Shown one piece after another: positions 1 through 10,276 of a stretch of 64,000 nt of DNA. This DNA is from Candidatus Bathyarchaeia archaeon. Its GTDB lineage: Archaea; Thermoproteota; CALKCG01; B24. Made by a program: the position numbers and the translations under genes. The notes under the pieces are model-generated. The model was given only the letters and a program-made list of their open reading frames with translations. It was not told where the DNA came from and ran no database searches. The stretch spans positions 448,001-512,000 of the forward strand of contig JAVZJD010000001.1 of assembly GCA_038870975.1 (NCBI GenBank). The letters are read 5' to 3'. Positions within the stretch are counted from its first letter, which is position 1, and the number at the start of each line of letters is the position of its first letter.

Positions 1-31
1 TACACCGCCCTCGTTTTTATGGTTGCAAGCC

Positions 32-1006
32 ATGATAATATTAACACACGGAGACTGCGATGGCGTCTGTTCAGCCGCTATAGTTAAAATGCTATATCCA
101 CATGCAGATGTCTACTTTACAAACCCTTCCAAGCTTTTACCAGATTTGAAGAAGTTTAACACTCCAGATGCCCTTGTAGTATGCGATATAGCTTTAAATG
201 AGGGGGAGTGGCTTTCAGTTGAAGGAGAACTTAGAAGAATATCGCAAGGCTTTGAGGCAGTTTACATAGACCATCATCAATTGCCAGTAGATTTTCCAAG
301 AGAGGTAAAGTCTGGGGTTAAAATCTACCATAGGGAGGATATGTGCGCTTCTCAAATAGTCTACGCTGTGTACAGCGATAGGATGGAAGAACGCACGAGG
401 AGGTGGGCAGCGGTATTAGCTACTTATGGGGCAATATCAGATTACACTGAGGATACTCCGCCTGCATCAGAACTCTTAAACATGGTCGATAAGAGGGTAT
501 TATATCTTGAATCTGGGGTATTGAGTGAAGCATTGGCTGTAAAACATGATGACAGCTTTAAGAAAGCTATAATTGAAGATTTAACTAAAGGAATTAAACC
601 GAGTCAGATACCTAAATTAGTCGACTATGCTGTCGAAGCGTTGAAGCTAGAGTATGAAGTGTATAGTTACGTTGAAGGATATACGCGTAGAGTAGGAGAT
701 GTCGCAGTGGTTATGAATTTACCGCATAAGGGGTTTCTAGGTAAAGCAGCCATCTACTCGATATATGTCTCTGGCGCTAGCATTGGATGCGCCATTGCTT
801 TAAAAGAAAAGACTGCTGAATTGAGTTTAAGAACAAGAGACCCTAAGATAAATCTAGGTAGTATTGTGAGAAAAGTTGCAAAGACTTTGGGAGGCAGAGG
901 TGGAGGACACAATCAAGCCTGTGGTGCTGAAATCCCAGAAGATGCTGTTGAAGACTTCATACGTATGGTTAACTCTCTAGTCTCCAGAGGCTCTGGAAGT
1001 CTCTGA
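32..1006 (+). CDS. DHH/DHHA1 family phosphoesterase (RecJ/NrnA-like)
   Basis: Motifs HGDCDG, VCD, IDHH and C-terminal GGRGGGH (DHHA1); ATG at 32 preferred over TTG at 23. Confidence 0.85.
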   Translation: MIILTHGDCDGVCSAAIVKMLYPHADVYFTNPSKLLPDLKKFNTPDALVVCDIALNEGEWLSVEGELRRISQGFEAVYIDHHQLPVDFPREVKSGVKIYHREDMCASQIVYAVYSDRMEERTRRWAAVLATYGAISDYTEDTPPASELLNMVDKRVLYLESGVLSEALAVKHDDSFKKAIIEDLTKGIKPSQIPKLVDYAVEALKLEYEVYSYVEGYTRRVGDVAVVMNLPHKGFLGKAAIYSIYVSGASIGCAIALKEKTAELSLRTRDPKINLGSIVRKVAKTLGGRGGGHNQACGAEIPEDAVEDFIRMVNSLVSRGSGSL

Positions 1007-2936
1007 CGGCTTTAGCTAAATTTTCAATTTTCCTGAAAGCCTGTATGTTCCTACGCCAATCTTCGGGAAGTTTTTCCGCTATATGTCCAATCATTCGACT
1101 GTCCATGATCACTATTATCCCCTTATCCTCTGGTTTTCTGATTAAGCGTCCAGCTGCTTGAGCCAGAGCATTAATACAGGGATTTACATTGGCATACTCG
1201 TAGCCCTTCTCACCAAACTTCTCGACGAAATACTTGGTTAATGCTTCCTGAAGTTCCGTTTTCTTAGGATAAGGTAAACCGACTATTACAACGGCTGATA
1301 ATAGGGAACCTAATTCATCTGAGAAGTCTACACCTTCACTGACTTTTCCTCTTGCAACAGCCATTACTGTTGGCTTACTATTAGTCTTTAGAAACTTGTA
1401 AACGTCTTCAAAAGACGTATCTTCATTTTCATATAAAACTGGTGTTTCAAAGTCTTTTGAGTACTGTTTAACTGCGTTCATCACTTCATATGATGGAAAG
1501 TATAAAGCCATAGCCCCATCGATAGAGTCCCTTAAAACCTTAATGTGCTCAGCTATTTTAACCCATTCTTCTTCACACCTCCTGGTAAACTTTGTAGTTA
1601 CACCTAAGTCTACGAAAATAGCCCTATTCTCCTCTGGAAATGGATATGGAAGGTCAAGTTTACTGACGCGATTCTTATTTAAGCCTAAGACTTCAATGTA
1701 GTAGTCCATATCCCAAAGCGTTCCAGACATAAGTGTAACCGCATAAATGTCATTGAGTACAGACGCTACGGGAGATGGGTCTAAAAGCCTTAATCCAATC
1801 CTATAATTTAGGGAGCCATCTCTAAAGGTGAAACCTTCTATATACTTTACAAAATTAGACTCTTCAGATTCGACAAAATGCTCGAGAAAAACCCCAACTC
1901 TAGATGTGTATGAAATAGGCGGTAGACCTTCAGAAATCTTCATAGACCTTATAACCTCACCTTCCTCTTGAAAGAACTTGGCGACCTCTAAAAGCCCACC
2001 ATACTGGTCTGCGTTTAAAGTAGTACTCAAAAGTTCCTCAATGTACGCATCTTCTAGAAGTCTAACCTCGTCCTGCTGAATTTGGAGGTTGTCTCCCAGT
2101 CTTTTTACGGCAGTTAAAATATTTTTCAAGTATTCGGTTGCATTTGAACTGTAACGCTCACATTCTCTGAGGGCCCTCTCTAGAGTAACCGTTGAAATAG
2201 TCTCCGTAGTTAGTTCTGTTAAATAGCTTGGTAGCGAGTGCGCTTCATCAACGACGCATATGGTGTCTTCAAGGTGTATGGAGGCTTTCGTAAAGGTGCT
2301 CTCTCTCACAGCGTCCATAAAGAGGTAGTTGTAGCTCCCAACGATGACGTCCGCCTTCTTGAGTAGGAGCTTGGAAACCTCGTAGGGGCATAGCTCCAGG
2401 TCTATACATAGGTTGAAAACCTCATGTGGAGTTGAAGCTCCAACTTCTCCGAGTTTATCCAGAGCTTTTAAAGCCTTCCATGATGGTCGTTTACCTGAGA
2501 AGGTAGACTCATAGAAGGCGCATTTCTCATTTAGAGAGCGACTTCTGAGGCTTTTACAATACTTTAAGAAGTCTCCATATGGTATGTTTTTAATATCGTC
2601 TAAAGAAGCCTTAGGGCACATGTGTTTCCGACTCGTAAGTGGGACTACTGTAAACTTCTCCGATGAAAACTGGGATATTCTCCTAGCCTCCCTACAGTAG
2701 ATTTCAAGCTGGTTTCTAGTCCTAGTTAGGACAAGAAGCCTCTTGGATAATCCGAGGCTTCTAACAGCCATGTAAGCCGTTAAAACGGATATACTTTTAC
2801 CCGTCCCACATGGACTTGAAAGAAGTGCAATTCTACCGTTTTTGAAAGCTTCAAATAGGAAGCGTATGGCTTTAAGCTGACCAGCCCTGTAAGATTTATA
2901 CGGGAAGAACTTGGCGAAAAGTTCTTTATACTCCAC
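969..2936 (-). CDS. xpd: XPD/Rad3/DinG-family Fe-S helicase
   Basis: Q motif YRAGQ, Walker A SPCGTGKS, Fe-S Cys (C..C..C..CPYE), DEAH, SGTL, SEGVDF, QAAGRLIR. Confidence 0.9.
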   Translation of the reverse strand: MEYKELFAKFFPYKSYRAGQLKAIRFLFEAFKNGRIALLSSPCGTGKSISVLTAYMAVRSLGLSKRLLVLTRTRNQLEIYCREARRISQFSSEKFTVVPLTSRKHMCPKASLDDIKNIPYGDFLKYCKSLRSRSLNEKCAFYESTFSGKRPSWKALKALDKLGEVGASTPHEVFNLCIDLELCPYEVSKLLLKKADVIVGSYNYLFMDAVRESTFTKASIHLEDTICVVDEAHSLPSYLTELTTETISTVTLERALRECERYSSNATEYLKNILTAVKRLGDNLQIQQDEVRLLEDAYIEELLSTTLNADQYGGLLEVAKFFQEEGEVIRSMKISEGLPPISYTSRVGVFLEHFVESEESNFVKYIEGFTFRDGSLNYRIGLRLLDPSPVASVLNDIYAVTLMSGTLWDMDYYIEVLGLNKNRVSKLDLPYPFPEENRAIFVDLGVTTKFTRRCEEEWVKIAEHIKVLRDSIDGAMALYFPSYEVMNAVKQYSKDFETPVLYENEDTSFEDVYKFLKTNSKPTVMAVARGKVSEGVDFSDELGSLLSAVVIVGLPYPKKTELQEALTKYFVEKFGEKGYEYANVNPCINALAQAAGRLIRKPEDKGIIVIMDSRMIGHIAEKLPEDWRRNIQAFRKIENLAKAVRDFQSLWRLES

Positions 2937-3007
2937 AAAGCTATAACTGGAAACTCTAAAGCTTAAGCTTTTTAGAATCTTAGATATATATTTCCCCAGG
3001 AGGGTTA

Positions 3008-3493
3008 GTGGTTTTGAAGATTCTCTGGGCGCCTTGGAGGGCGAAATACGTAGAGAAGCCTGCGGAGAACTGTATATTCTGCGATAAAATCCGTGAAAAT
3101 AAGGATGAAGAAAACTTGATAGTTTTAAGAGGCCGAAGGGTGTTTATAATGCTTAACAGATATCCTTATAATACTGGACATCTCATGGTGGCACCCTATA
3201 GACACATTGCAGATATGGAGGAGCTTAGTGAAGACGAAGCTATGGAGATTTTCAAGCTTTTGACGGAATCTATTAAAGCGCTTAAAAACACCTTTAAACC
3301 AGATGGATTTAACATAGGTGTAAACCTTGGCAGAGCCGCTGGAGCCGGCGTAGAGGGGCATATACATTTTCATGTTGTCCCAAGATGGCTTGGCGATACA
3401 AACTTCATGCCTGTCATTTCTCATACGAAAGTCATGCCTATTTCTCTAGAAGAAGTCTATACGAAGATTAAAAAAAGCATAAAATCCTTTTGA
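3008..3493 (+). CDS. HIT family nucleotide hydrolase (Ap4A phosphorylase/hydrolase-like)
   Basis: LWAPWR, CIFC, histidine triad HIHFHVVPRW. Confidence 0.9.
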   Translation: MVLKILWAPWRAKYVEKPAENCIFCDKIRENKDEENLIVLRGRRVFIMLNRYPYNTGHLMVAPYRHIADMEELSEDEAMEIFKLLTESIKALKNTFKPDGFNIGVNLGRAAGAGVEGHIHFHVVPRWLGDTNFMPVISHTKVMPISLEEVYTKIKKSIKSF

Positions 3494-3509
3494 AGACTAT
3501 TCATATAGG

Positions 3510-4199
3510 CTAATCACATATTAACGTTCCTATTTTAACACCTTTAACGGCTAATTCAATATTCTCAGGTTTAAAACCGTTTAAAACTATGGTTTTGATT
3601 TTATGTCTAGCTATTAATCTGGCCGCTTTTGGATCTATTATCGTTTTTAAACCTGCTTCATAATGTACACGTCCAAACATATTTTTAAGCTCTTTGAAGC
3701 TTAGATTGTCGATTTTAAAGGCGTCGGGATATCGTGACGGGTCTTTGTTATAGATGCCGTCTCTATTGGTAGCTTTAATCAGCAGATTAAAGCCAAGTTT
3801 AATTGCTGCAAGAACTGCTACAGTATCAGTAGTCATACCTGGCTTAATGCCACCCATAACTACGATGCTGTGTTTTTTAAACAGTTTAGAGACTTCTCCT
3901 ATTCTCTTAGGGATTGTCACGGGAGTTGTTGGTCTTAGTGCTTCAGCTAGCAGTTGGGCGATTACTCGTGATGCTTGTATGGCTATTCTATCTTGACTTT
4001 CTTGGGACATGTTCATCATCTTTGCATTTTCTATCAGTATTCTAGCCAGTTCTCCTCCCCCGGTTACGACGAGTAGTTTAAAACCGTTTTGAGAAAGTTT
4101 ACCTAAAATTTTAGAGTATTCTAGTATAAGAAGTGGATTTAACGGAGAGGCTATGACAGAACCGCCTATTCTAAGCACTATTTTCATTGGAAACACCAC
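3510..4199 (-). CDS. pyrH: UMP kinase (archaeal type)
   Basis: IVLRIGGSV, VTGGG, PGMTTDTVA, DGIYNKDP, IIDPKAA. Confidence 0.9.
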   Translation of the reverse strand: MVFPMKIVLRIGGSVIASPLNPLLILEYSKILGKLSQNGFKLLVVTGGGELARILIENAKMMNMSQESQDRIAIQASRVIAQLLAEALRPTTPVTIPKRIGEVSKLFKKHSIVVMGGIKPGMTTDTVAVLAAIKLGFNLLIKATNRDGIYNKDPSRYPDAFKIDNLSFKELKNMFGRVHYEAGLKTIIDPKAARLIARHKIKTIVLNGFKPENIELAVKGVKIGTLICD

Positions 4200-4261
4200 C
4201 TAAATTTATTTAAACTGACTTCGTCATAGTTTAAAATACTATCTATTGAGAGGAGAGATTT

Positions 4262-6532
4262 TTGAGCAGAATTAGAAGGGGCTTTTCAAATCAAGTTTTT
4301 CAGGTTCTTTCTTCACCGATTAGGTTTGAAGTCCTTAGACTTCTAAGGCTAAACCGTACTTTAACCTATAGTGAAATTATGGATATGCTAGGTTTAGAGC
4401 CAGCTAAACATGCTGGTAAGTTTGCATATCACCTCAGAAGCCTTGTAAAGGCTAGACTTATTGAAAAGACGGATGACGGTAAGACTTATCGGCTTACAGA
4501 CCTTGGGGTTAGAGTTTTAGAGTTCGCTCAAGAGCTTAATGAATATCTTATGAAGAAAGCGGGTAAACTTCTGGTTAGAAGTTCTAGAATGGCTATAGAA
4601 GAGTTTGACAGGCTTAGAATAGTGAATAGTCTTATTAAAGAAGCGCAGGTTCCTTTAGACTTGGCCGAATCTATTTCGCTTGAAGTTGAAAGAAGACTTG
4701 TAAACCTTCAGGTTAAATATTTAACTGCTCCACTTATACGAGAAATAGTTAATGCAATTCTCATAGAGAAGGGGCTTGAGGAGTATAGGCATAGACTTAC
4801 AAGACTCGGCCTTCCAGTTTACGACGTCGTTAAAACATTTGAAAAAGCTAGTACGATGAAAATGCACGTCGAAGAAGTTAGAGAAATAGCTGGTGAAGCA
4901 GTTTTAAGAGAATATACTCTTTTAAACGTTCTACCTAGAGACGTTGCCGACGCATACTTAAGTGGAGACATACATTTAGAACTCCCAGGGTCTTGGATAC
5001 TTAGACCCGACGTCATCCAACATGACATACGGCTGATTCTGACGGGTAAGTTTCCAAACATGCCCAGTAAAAGCCCAACGACGTTAACTTCAGCATTAAA
5101 CAGGCTTAGGGTTGCCGCCTACAACAGCAGTTTTGAGGTTAATTTAGACCAGGGATTTGACATGTTCAACGTCTTCTTAGCGCCTTTCACCAGAGGAAGA
5201 AGGCTTGTGGAAGTTAAACGGGCGCTTCAAGTATTCATAGAATCTATGAGAATCTCCTCAAATCTCAACGTCAACTTTGGATTAGAAGTGGGTTTAAATC
5301 GGAAGATTGAAAACCTTAAAACTATACCTGGTGGAGAAGTTTATGGAGACTATCGAGATGAAGTTTTAACGTTTACACAAGCTCTTATAGATGTCTTAAA
5401 GAAGGAGTATTCGAGGAGCCCACTCTACAATTTCAATTTGACAATCAAGATTAGAGAATGGCCTCTGAAAGACGAGTGGATAGAAGTAATGAAGAGCATA
5501 CACGATGCTGCGAAGTTTGGCATACCCATTGTAATAGCTAATCTAACGGATGTAGATGATAACACCAGCTTCTCAAGCTATGGATTTAGATTTGAGCCTC
5601 TTTCAGACTGGGAAGTGGATACGCTAGCAGTACCTATGATTGTAGACGTTTCCATAAACATGCCTAGGCTCGCTCAAATATCTAAAGGAAGCGATGAACG
5701 CCTCTGGGAGAATTTACAGAAGATAATGGACAAGGCTATTGAAGCAATACATATTAGGAGGGGGGCTTTGGAGAGCCGGATTAAAGAGGGGCTTCTACCG
5801 AATATTTCTCAACCAGACGATCCATATGTGAGGTTTAAAGCCATGTTTTCAGCTCTTGGACTATTTGGACTTAATGAAGCCACTGTTCTACACACAGGCT
5901 CAGACCTTACGAGCACTACATCACAAGCTGCTATGCTTAGAGTTTTAAGGCGTATACGCGCATACTTAGATGCAAGTAGAGATAGAATTGGATTGACGAG
6001 TATATGCGGTGAAGAGGGCGCATCTAGGCTTGTAAATCTAGACCTCAATAACTACGGTAAATCCATCTTAAACAGTCAAGGTTTCAGGAGAGAGCCATAC
6101 TACACCGATGTATGCGTAGTGCCTTTAGAATACGGCATACCGCTTTCTAAAAGGCTTGAAATAGAGGAGAAAGTGGGTTCTATAATGAATTATGGAACTC
6201 TTCCAGTCATAGAGGTGAATTCGAACGAAGTTGATGGTGAAACTCTCTTTAAGACGACATCATACATAGTGTCCAAGTATAAGCAACTCAGATGCTTCAC
6301 ATACTCGACCTTCACAACGTACTGTAAACGATGCTCTAAACTGTTTGAAGGCTATTGGGATAGATGCCCGAAGTGTAGCAACATAGCTACCGTAGTTCAA
6401 TACGGCAGAACTCCAACCCTAGTTAAACCAATATACAGGTGGACTTCTGAAAAAAGAGCAAATATGTTTCTAAGAAAAGCTTACGGTGTTAAAGACATCG
6501 AATCCTTAACCCCTATTTTAAGCCCGGCTTAG
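4262..6532 (+). CDS. ArsR-type winged HTH + ATP-cone + class III ribonucleotide reductase (NrdD)-like protein, catalytic residues apparently lost
   Basis: aa 1-100 wHTH ([13 protein letters not shown]...[10 protein letters not shown]...YRLT); ATP cone (VRSS..IEEFD..I...[11 protein letters not shown]); NrdD body ([45 protein letters not shown]); lacks PxCLQH, MGCR and RITGY motifs. Confidence 0.85.
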   Translation: MSRIRRGFSNQVFQVLSSPIRFEVLRLLRLNRTLTYSEIMDMLGLEPAKHAGKFAYHLRSLVKARLIEKTDDGKTYRLTDLGVRVLEFAQELNEYLMKKAGKLLVRSSRMAIEEFDRLRIVNSLIKEAQVPLDLAESISLEVERRLVNLQVKYLTAPLIREIVNAILIEKGLEEYRHRLTRLGLPVYDVVKTFEKASTMKMHVEEVREIAGEAVLREYTLLNVLPRDVADAYLSGDIHLELPGSWILRPDVIQHDIRLILTGKFPNMPSKSPTTLTSALNRLRVAAYNSSFEVNLDQGFDMFNVFLAPFTRGRRLVEVKRALQVFIESMRISSNLNVNFGLEVGLNRKIENLKTIPGGEVYGDYRDEVLTFTQALIDVLKKEYSRSPLYNFNLTIKIREWPLKDEWIEVMKSIHDAAKFGIPIVIANLTDVDDNTSFSSYGFRFEPLSDWEVDTLAVPMIVDVSINMPRLAQISKGSDERLWENLQKIMDKAIEAIHIRRGALESRIKEGLLPNISQPDDPYVRFKAMFSALGLFGLNEATVLHTGSDLTSTTSQAAMLRVLRRIRAYLDASRDRIGLTSICGEEGASRLVNLDLNNYGKSILNSQGFRREPYYTDVCVVPLEYGIPLSKRLEIEEKVGSIMNYGTLPVIEVNSNEVDGETLFKTTSYIVSKYKQLRCFTYSTFTTYCKRCSKLFEGYWDRCPKCSNIATVVQYGRTPTLVKPIYRWTSEKRANMFLRKAYGVKDIESLTPILSPA

Positions 6533-6993
6533 AATTGATTTATAATATCTTCTCTAGTCATAACTATTCTGCAGTAGTGGCATCTAAGCCTTAGAGGTTC
6601 TACGCTTTCAACGATAAACGTAGGTTGAACGGGTTCTCCGCTGTTTGTTATACAGGATGCATTCGCACATTTGATCACGCCCTTTATGATTTTTGGAAGT
6701 TTAACTTTATTCTTTTCAACTACCTCATAGTTCCGTATAATGTTTATGGTGGCGTTTGGAGCTATTAGAGCTATTTTATGGACTTCATCTTCTCTAAGCT
6801 CTCGATTCTCAACCTTCACAATATCTTTTCTGCCGAGCTTTTGACTTGGGACATTCATAAGAATACTTATAATATTGCCCTCTTTACCGGTTAATCCTAT
6901 TATCCTGAGAACCGCTAAAGCATATCCAGCAGTTATGTGGTCTATGACGGTTCCATCTTCAATCTTGCTAACTCTCAGCTCTTTTTCAACCAT
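6529..6993 (-). CDS. pyrI: Aspartate carbamoyltransferase regulatory subunit
   Basis: [26 protein letters not shown], Zn site CANASC...CHYC. Confidence 0.97.
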   Translation of the reverse strand: MVEKELRVSKIEDGTVIDHITAGYALAVLRIIGLTGKEGNIISILMNVPSQKLGRKDIVKVENRELREDEVHKIALIAPNATINIIRNYEVVEKNKVKLPKIIKGVIKCANASCITNSGEPVQPTFIVESVEPLRLRCHYCRIVMTREDIINQF

Positions 6994-7114
6994 AAAGCCA
7001 CCCTTTTAAGTGTACTAAACTAAATCTAAAATAGATTTACTTTAAAAAGCTTACAGCTTCCATAATTCCGCTGGATTTCTCGATAAGTTAGATAAACTCA
7101 GGTAGTTTTCAAAT

Positions 7115-7429
7115 TCAGTGGATTCTCCTAAAGTTTATGATGTATACATATGTTTCAGGGGTTAAACTAGGATAGTGCCTTTTAAGAGCTTTGATAAGCT
7201 CCATTCTATTTTTAAACCCATCTTTTCTAGCGTCTTCATCGTTTAGCTCTAAGAGTTTCTTCCGAGTAACACTTCTTACTATAGCATATCCGCAGCTTAC
7301 ACCGCCAGCTATTAATTCAACTAAGTCTCCAGGTTTAACGTGTGCATTCACTCTTATGGTCGTCGTTTTCCGTCCATCCTTCAAAGCCTCTCTATACTCT
7401 TTTTTGAAGTTCAACTGTTTATACTCCAT
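7115..7429 (-). CDS. ASCH domain protein
   Basis: ASCH signature GRKTTTIR, plus DARKDGF and HYP; start overlaps the tmcA stop by 11 nt. Confidence 0.85.
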   Translation of the reverse strand: MEYKQLNFKKEYREALKDGRKTTTIRVNAHVKPGDLVELIAGGVSCGYAIVRSVTRKKLLELNDEDARKDGFKNRMELIKALKRHYPSLTPETYVYIINFRRIH

Positions 7430-9695
7430 AGAAGTCCACCATTTCAGCGAGAATCTTCCTTAAATCCATCTTTAAATTCGACTGAGGAACCTGGAAGATT
7501 TTCGTAATATGCCTCCACGGTTTGGCCTGTAAGCATTTAGCTATAAGTTTAGCTTCAACATCCATACTGAGACCCATCCTACAGCTTCCAGAGTTGAGGA
7601 AGTGGGATTTTACAAACTGCTTAATAGCATCGCATGCGGCTTCATAAGCCAGTTTGCCTGAAACGTACTGCAATAGTCGGCTTTTCTGCGAACTTGTTAG
7701 AGATGGCTCTTCTCTATTATCCCAATTTTGAGACTTTAAAAGTCTTACTGTTATCTGCGGTTCAAGGTCGAAGTATATGTCTGGAAGAGATTCTACGAGC
7801 CTCAGTTTGAATTCCCTGTGGACTCCTTTTACTATTTCAACTGCTTTTCCAGTCAGAGGTCTGATAAATATTACGCTGAATTCACCTGAGACCGTGTTTC
7901 TCATAGGGCTTATATGCACAGGTGTGAAGCTGTTTTTAAGCCAAAAATCGATTAACTTTACGTCTGCTCCGAAACTAGCACCAACCCATTCAAAACCATT
8001 AGCTTCAACTTCCTTACACAACTCTTCTATAGCTAGACTGCCCAATCCTCTCCCCGTGAATTTGGGATGCGTTGCAATTCTGACCACTCTTAAGCCTTTA
8101 AGCCTGGAAAACTCAGCATAATCAGGGTAGTATTTAATTATACACGACGGTATAAGGTGCCCTTGAGGTGGAGAACCAGCTAAAACTTCCTCTACAAGCC
8201 CATCGTAGCCTTCTTCACTTATCTGTAGGGCTACTAAAACTTTACCTGACGCTGACAGAATGGCTCTAGTTGAATGGTGGGGGGCATCTCCCAAGATGAG
8301 GAGGTCGTCCGGTCTATTCCTATAGTGGGCTAAAACATATATACCTATGAACTGCCTCAGGTGTTCTTCATCTTCCCCAAACCATAAGTCTAAATCAGGC
8401 TTCATATATGCGCATTCGCCGAGTTTAAATTCACTTTCTTCGACATCCGCAGGCTCAGCATTAAGTAGCAGGGTATTGTAAAGCCATTTTTCAACTGGAT
8501 CATCTAAAGCATATCTAATTGGCTCTTTGAGCTCAACCTTATAAAGCGTTATTTTCTCGAGTTTTTCGAGACGTTTTAAGAATCTTAAAGAGAAGCCTCT
8601 ACCAGCACCCTCATATCCGTGGACTGTAGAGGCGAATACAACTTTTGGAAATTTCTCAGCTATTTCAAATAGGAGTGGCACTTGGATCCCAGCCGCTTCA
8701 TCAACAAACACTACTTCAGCTTTCTCCTTTAACAACCTATATGGCTGTACGAATTCTACAACCCCTTTATTACAACTCAGTTTAAATGTTAAATTTTCAA
8801 CGTATTCCCTCTCAACATCTTCACCTATAGTTTTAAGCCCCTTCTCAGCCATATCGAAAATAACCTGGGTTTCTTCACAGGCTGGAGCTGTAACTAATAT
8901 TCTCCTACAGCCGAAAAGCATGAGGGGAGCTACCGCTAGACCCAGTAGAGCGGACTTACCTCTACCCCTATTAGAAGTCATAATTATTATGCTTCTACTT
9001 TTCTTGGCAAATTTTTCAACGTATTTTAGAGCCTCTACCTGCTCTTGCGTCAATGCCAAGTCGTAGATGGCTCTTGGGATTCGACTTTTATTCGGAGGAG
9101 ACGGCTTCTCTCTAGTTGAGGTTGGAGGATTTAGCATGTTCCCCCTGATTATGTTCCAACCGTCCAATATCCAGATACTCTGGTCCTCTAGAATTTTCCT
9201 AGTAAAGTATTTTTCAAACCGCGCCTTCATATCGGATTCACCATAGGGCGGTGAGATAAGCTTCTTATGCAGGCTTGTACTCCATGGTTTTTCAGCGTTT
9301 AAATCTAGGTTGTAGAATATTACTAAGCCTCCTCCTCTGACCGTCTCAATAAGCCTCCCCATGTCGTTTGGTCTAGCTCCTACGCTCATGTCGAGGATTA
9401 AGATGTCGTTTGTAGTACCCATGAGTCTATGGGTTTCTTTATAGGTGTAGAGTTTAACATTGCCTATAGGGTAGGATTTTTCTTCGAGCCGTTTGATGAA
9501 GACGTTGTAGTTTGAGGTGTCGTCTGAGCTAACGTAGACGACTTTTTCTTCTCCCCCGGCTTTAAGAGTGAAGTGTTTAAAGACTATGTAGGCGAGGACT
9601 TCTTCAGATTCTCTACCGTAAACTACGAGGAGCCTCCTATGGAAGGACCTCAAGGCTTCCTCCATCATGCCGATGAGAAGTTGTTCGACTTTCAA
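7419..9695 (-). CDS. tmcA: RNA cytidine acetyltransferase TmcA/Nat10
   Basis: ETVRGGG, Walker A NRGRGKSA, DEAA, STVHGYEGAGRGF, EPIRY, HYRNRPDDL, GNAT motif RIATHP..GRGLGS. Confidence 0.95.
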   Translation of the reverse strand: MKVEQLLIGMMEEALRSFHRRLLVVYGRESEEVLAYIVFKHFTLKAGGEEKVVYVSSDDTSNYNVFIKRLEEKSYPIGNVKLYTYKETHRLMGTTNDILILDMSVGARPNDMGRLIETVRGGGLVIFYNLDLNAEKPWSTSLHKKLISPPYGESDMKARFEKYFTRKILEDQSIWILDGWNIIRGNMLNPPTSTREKPSPPNKSRIPRAIYDLALTQEQVEALKYVEKFAKKSRSIIIMTSNRGRGKSALLGLAVAPLMLFGCRRILVTAPACEETQVIFDMAEKGLKTIGEDVEREYVENLTFKLSCNKGVVEFVQPYRLLKEKAEVVFVDEAAGIQVPLLFEIAEKFPKVVFASTVHGYEGAGRGFSLRFLKRLEKLEKITLYKVELKEPIRYALDDPVEKWLYNTLLLNAEPADVEESEFKLGECAYMKPDLDLWFGEDEEHLRQFIGIYVLAHYRNRPDDLLILGDAPHHSTRAILSASGKVLVALQISEEGYDGLVEEVLAGSPPQGHLIPSCIIKYYPDYAEFSRLKGLRVVRIATHPKFTGRGLGSLAIEELCKEVEANGFEWVGASFGADVKLIDFWLKNSFTPVHISPMRNTVSGEFSVIFIRPLTGKAVEIVKGVHREFKLRLVESLPDIYFDLEPQITVRLLKSQNWDNREEPSLTSSQKSRLLQYVSGKLAYEAACDAIKQFVKSHFLNSGSCRMGLSMDVEAKLIAKCLQAKPWRHITKIFQVPQSNLKMDLRKILAEMVDFYGV

Positions 9696-9794
9696 CTGGT
9701 CTTCGGTTTTAAAGGTGTAGGAAGACAGTAAAAACGTTTAGCTTGTTCTTCCAGAAACTAACGGTGATAATATTAATATACATGATACTTATAT

Positions 9795-10235
9795 ATGTAT
9801 TATGGAGGACTTACTATGAGCGTGAAACAGCAGAGGTTTAAGATTTCTCCGACTGGCAGAGGCGCAATATTTAAACTAAAAAGGTGGTTCTACTTAGCGT
9901 TTTATACAAAAAACGTACCTGAGGATATTAAGGAGCAGAATCGAAAAGTGTGGCTTGAGCTTTCAAGAAGACTCATAGAAGAAATGAATAAGCGAGGTGC
10001 CTCAGAAAAACCTACGAGAATAACTTTAGAATACGAAGCCAGTCCGAACAACGAGTTTAAACCGATATCTGTAGCTGTTGAAGTAATGGAGATGAAGCCT
10101 GTAGAAAGCTTCAAAATTTCTTTCAGAGAAGGAGCGGTAGAAGAAAGAGAGAAGTTGAAGGCTCAACTCGCTGAAATACTTAGAAAAGCCAGAGAGCTGG
10201 GTATAAGCCCGGAAAACCTCATAGAGAAAAAGTAG
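9795..10235 (+). CDS. Hypothetical protein, possible ThermoDBP-related (DUF2258-like) single-stranded nucleic-acid-binding protein with C-terminal coiled coil
   Basis: Pattern TG..KLKRWF..ELSRRLIEEM..G..RITLEY and a helical C-terminus resembles ThermoDBP-RP; start may be 9816. Confidence 0.4.
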   Translation: MYYGGLTMSVKQQRFKISPTGRGAIFKLKRWFYLAFYTKNVPEDIKEQNRKVWLELSRRLIEEMNKRGASEKPTRITLEYEASPNNEFKPISVAVEVMEMKPVESFKISFREGAVEEREKLKAQLAEILRKARELGISPENLIEKK

Positions 10236-10276
10236 CATAGTAGACAATGCTGTTTAAAACCCAAGCCTTAGGGGCG

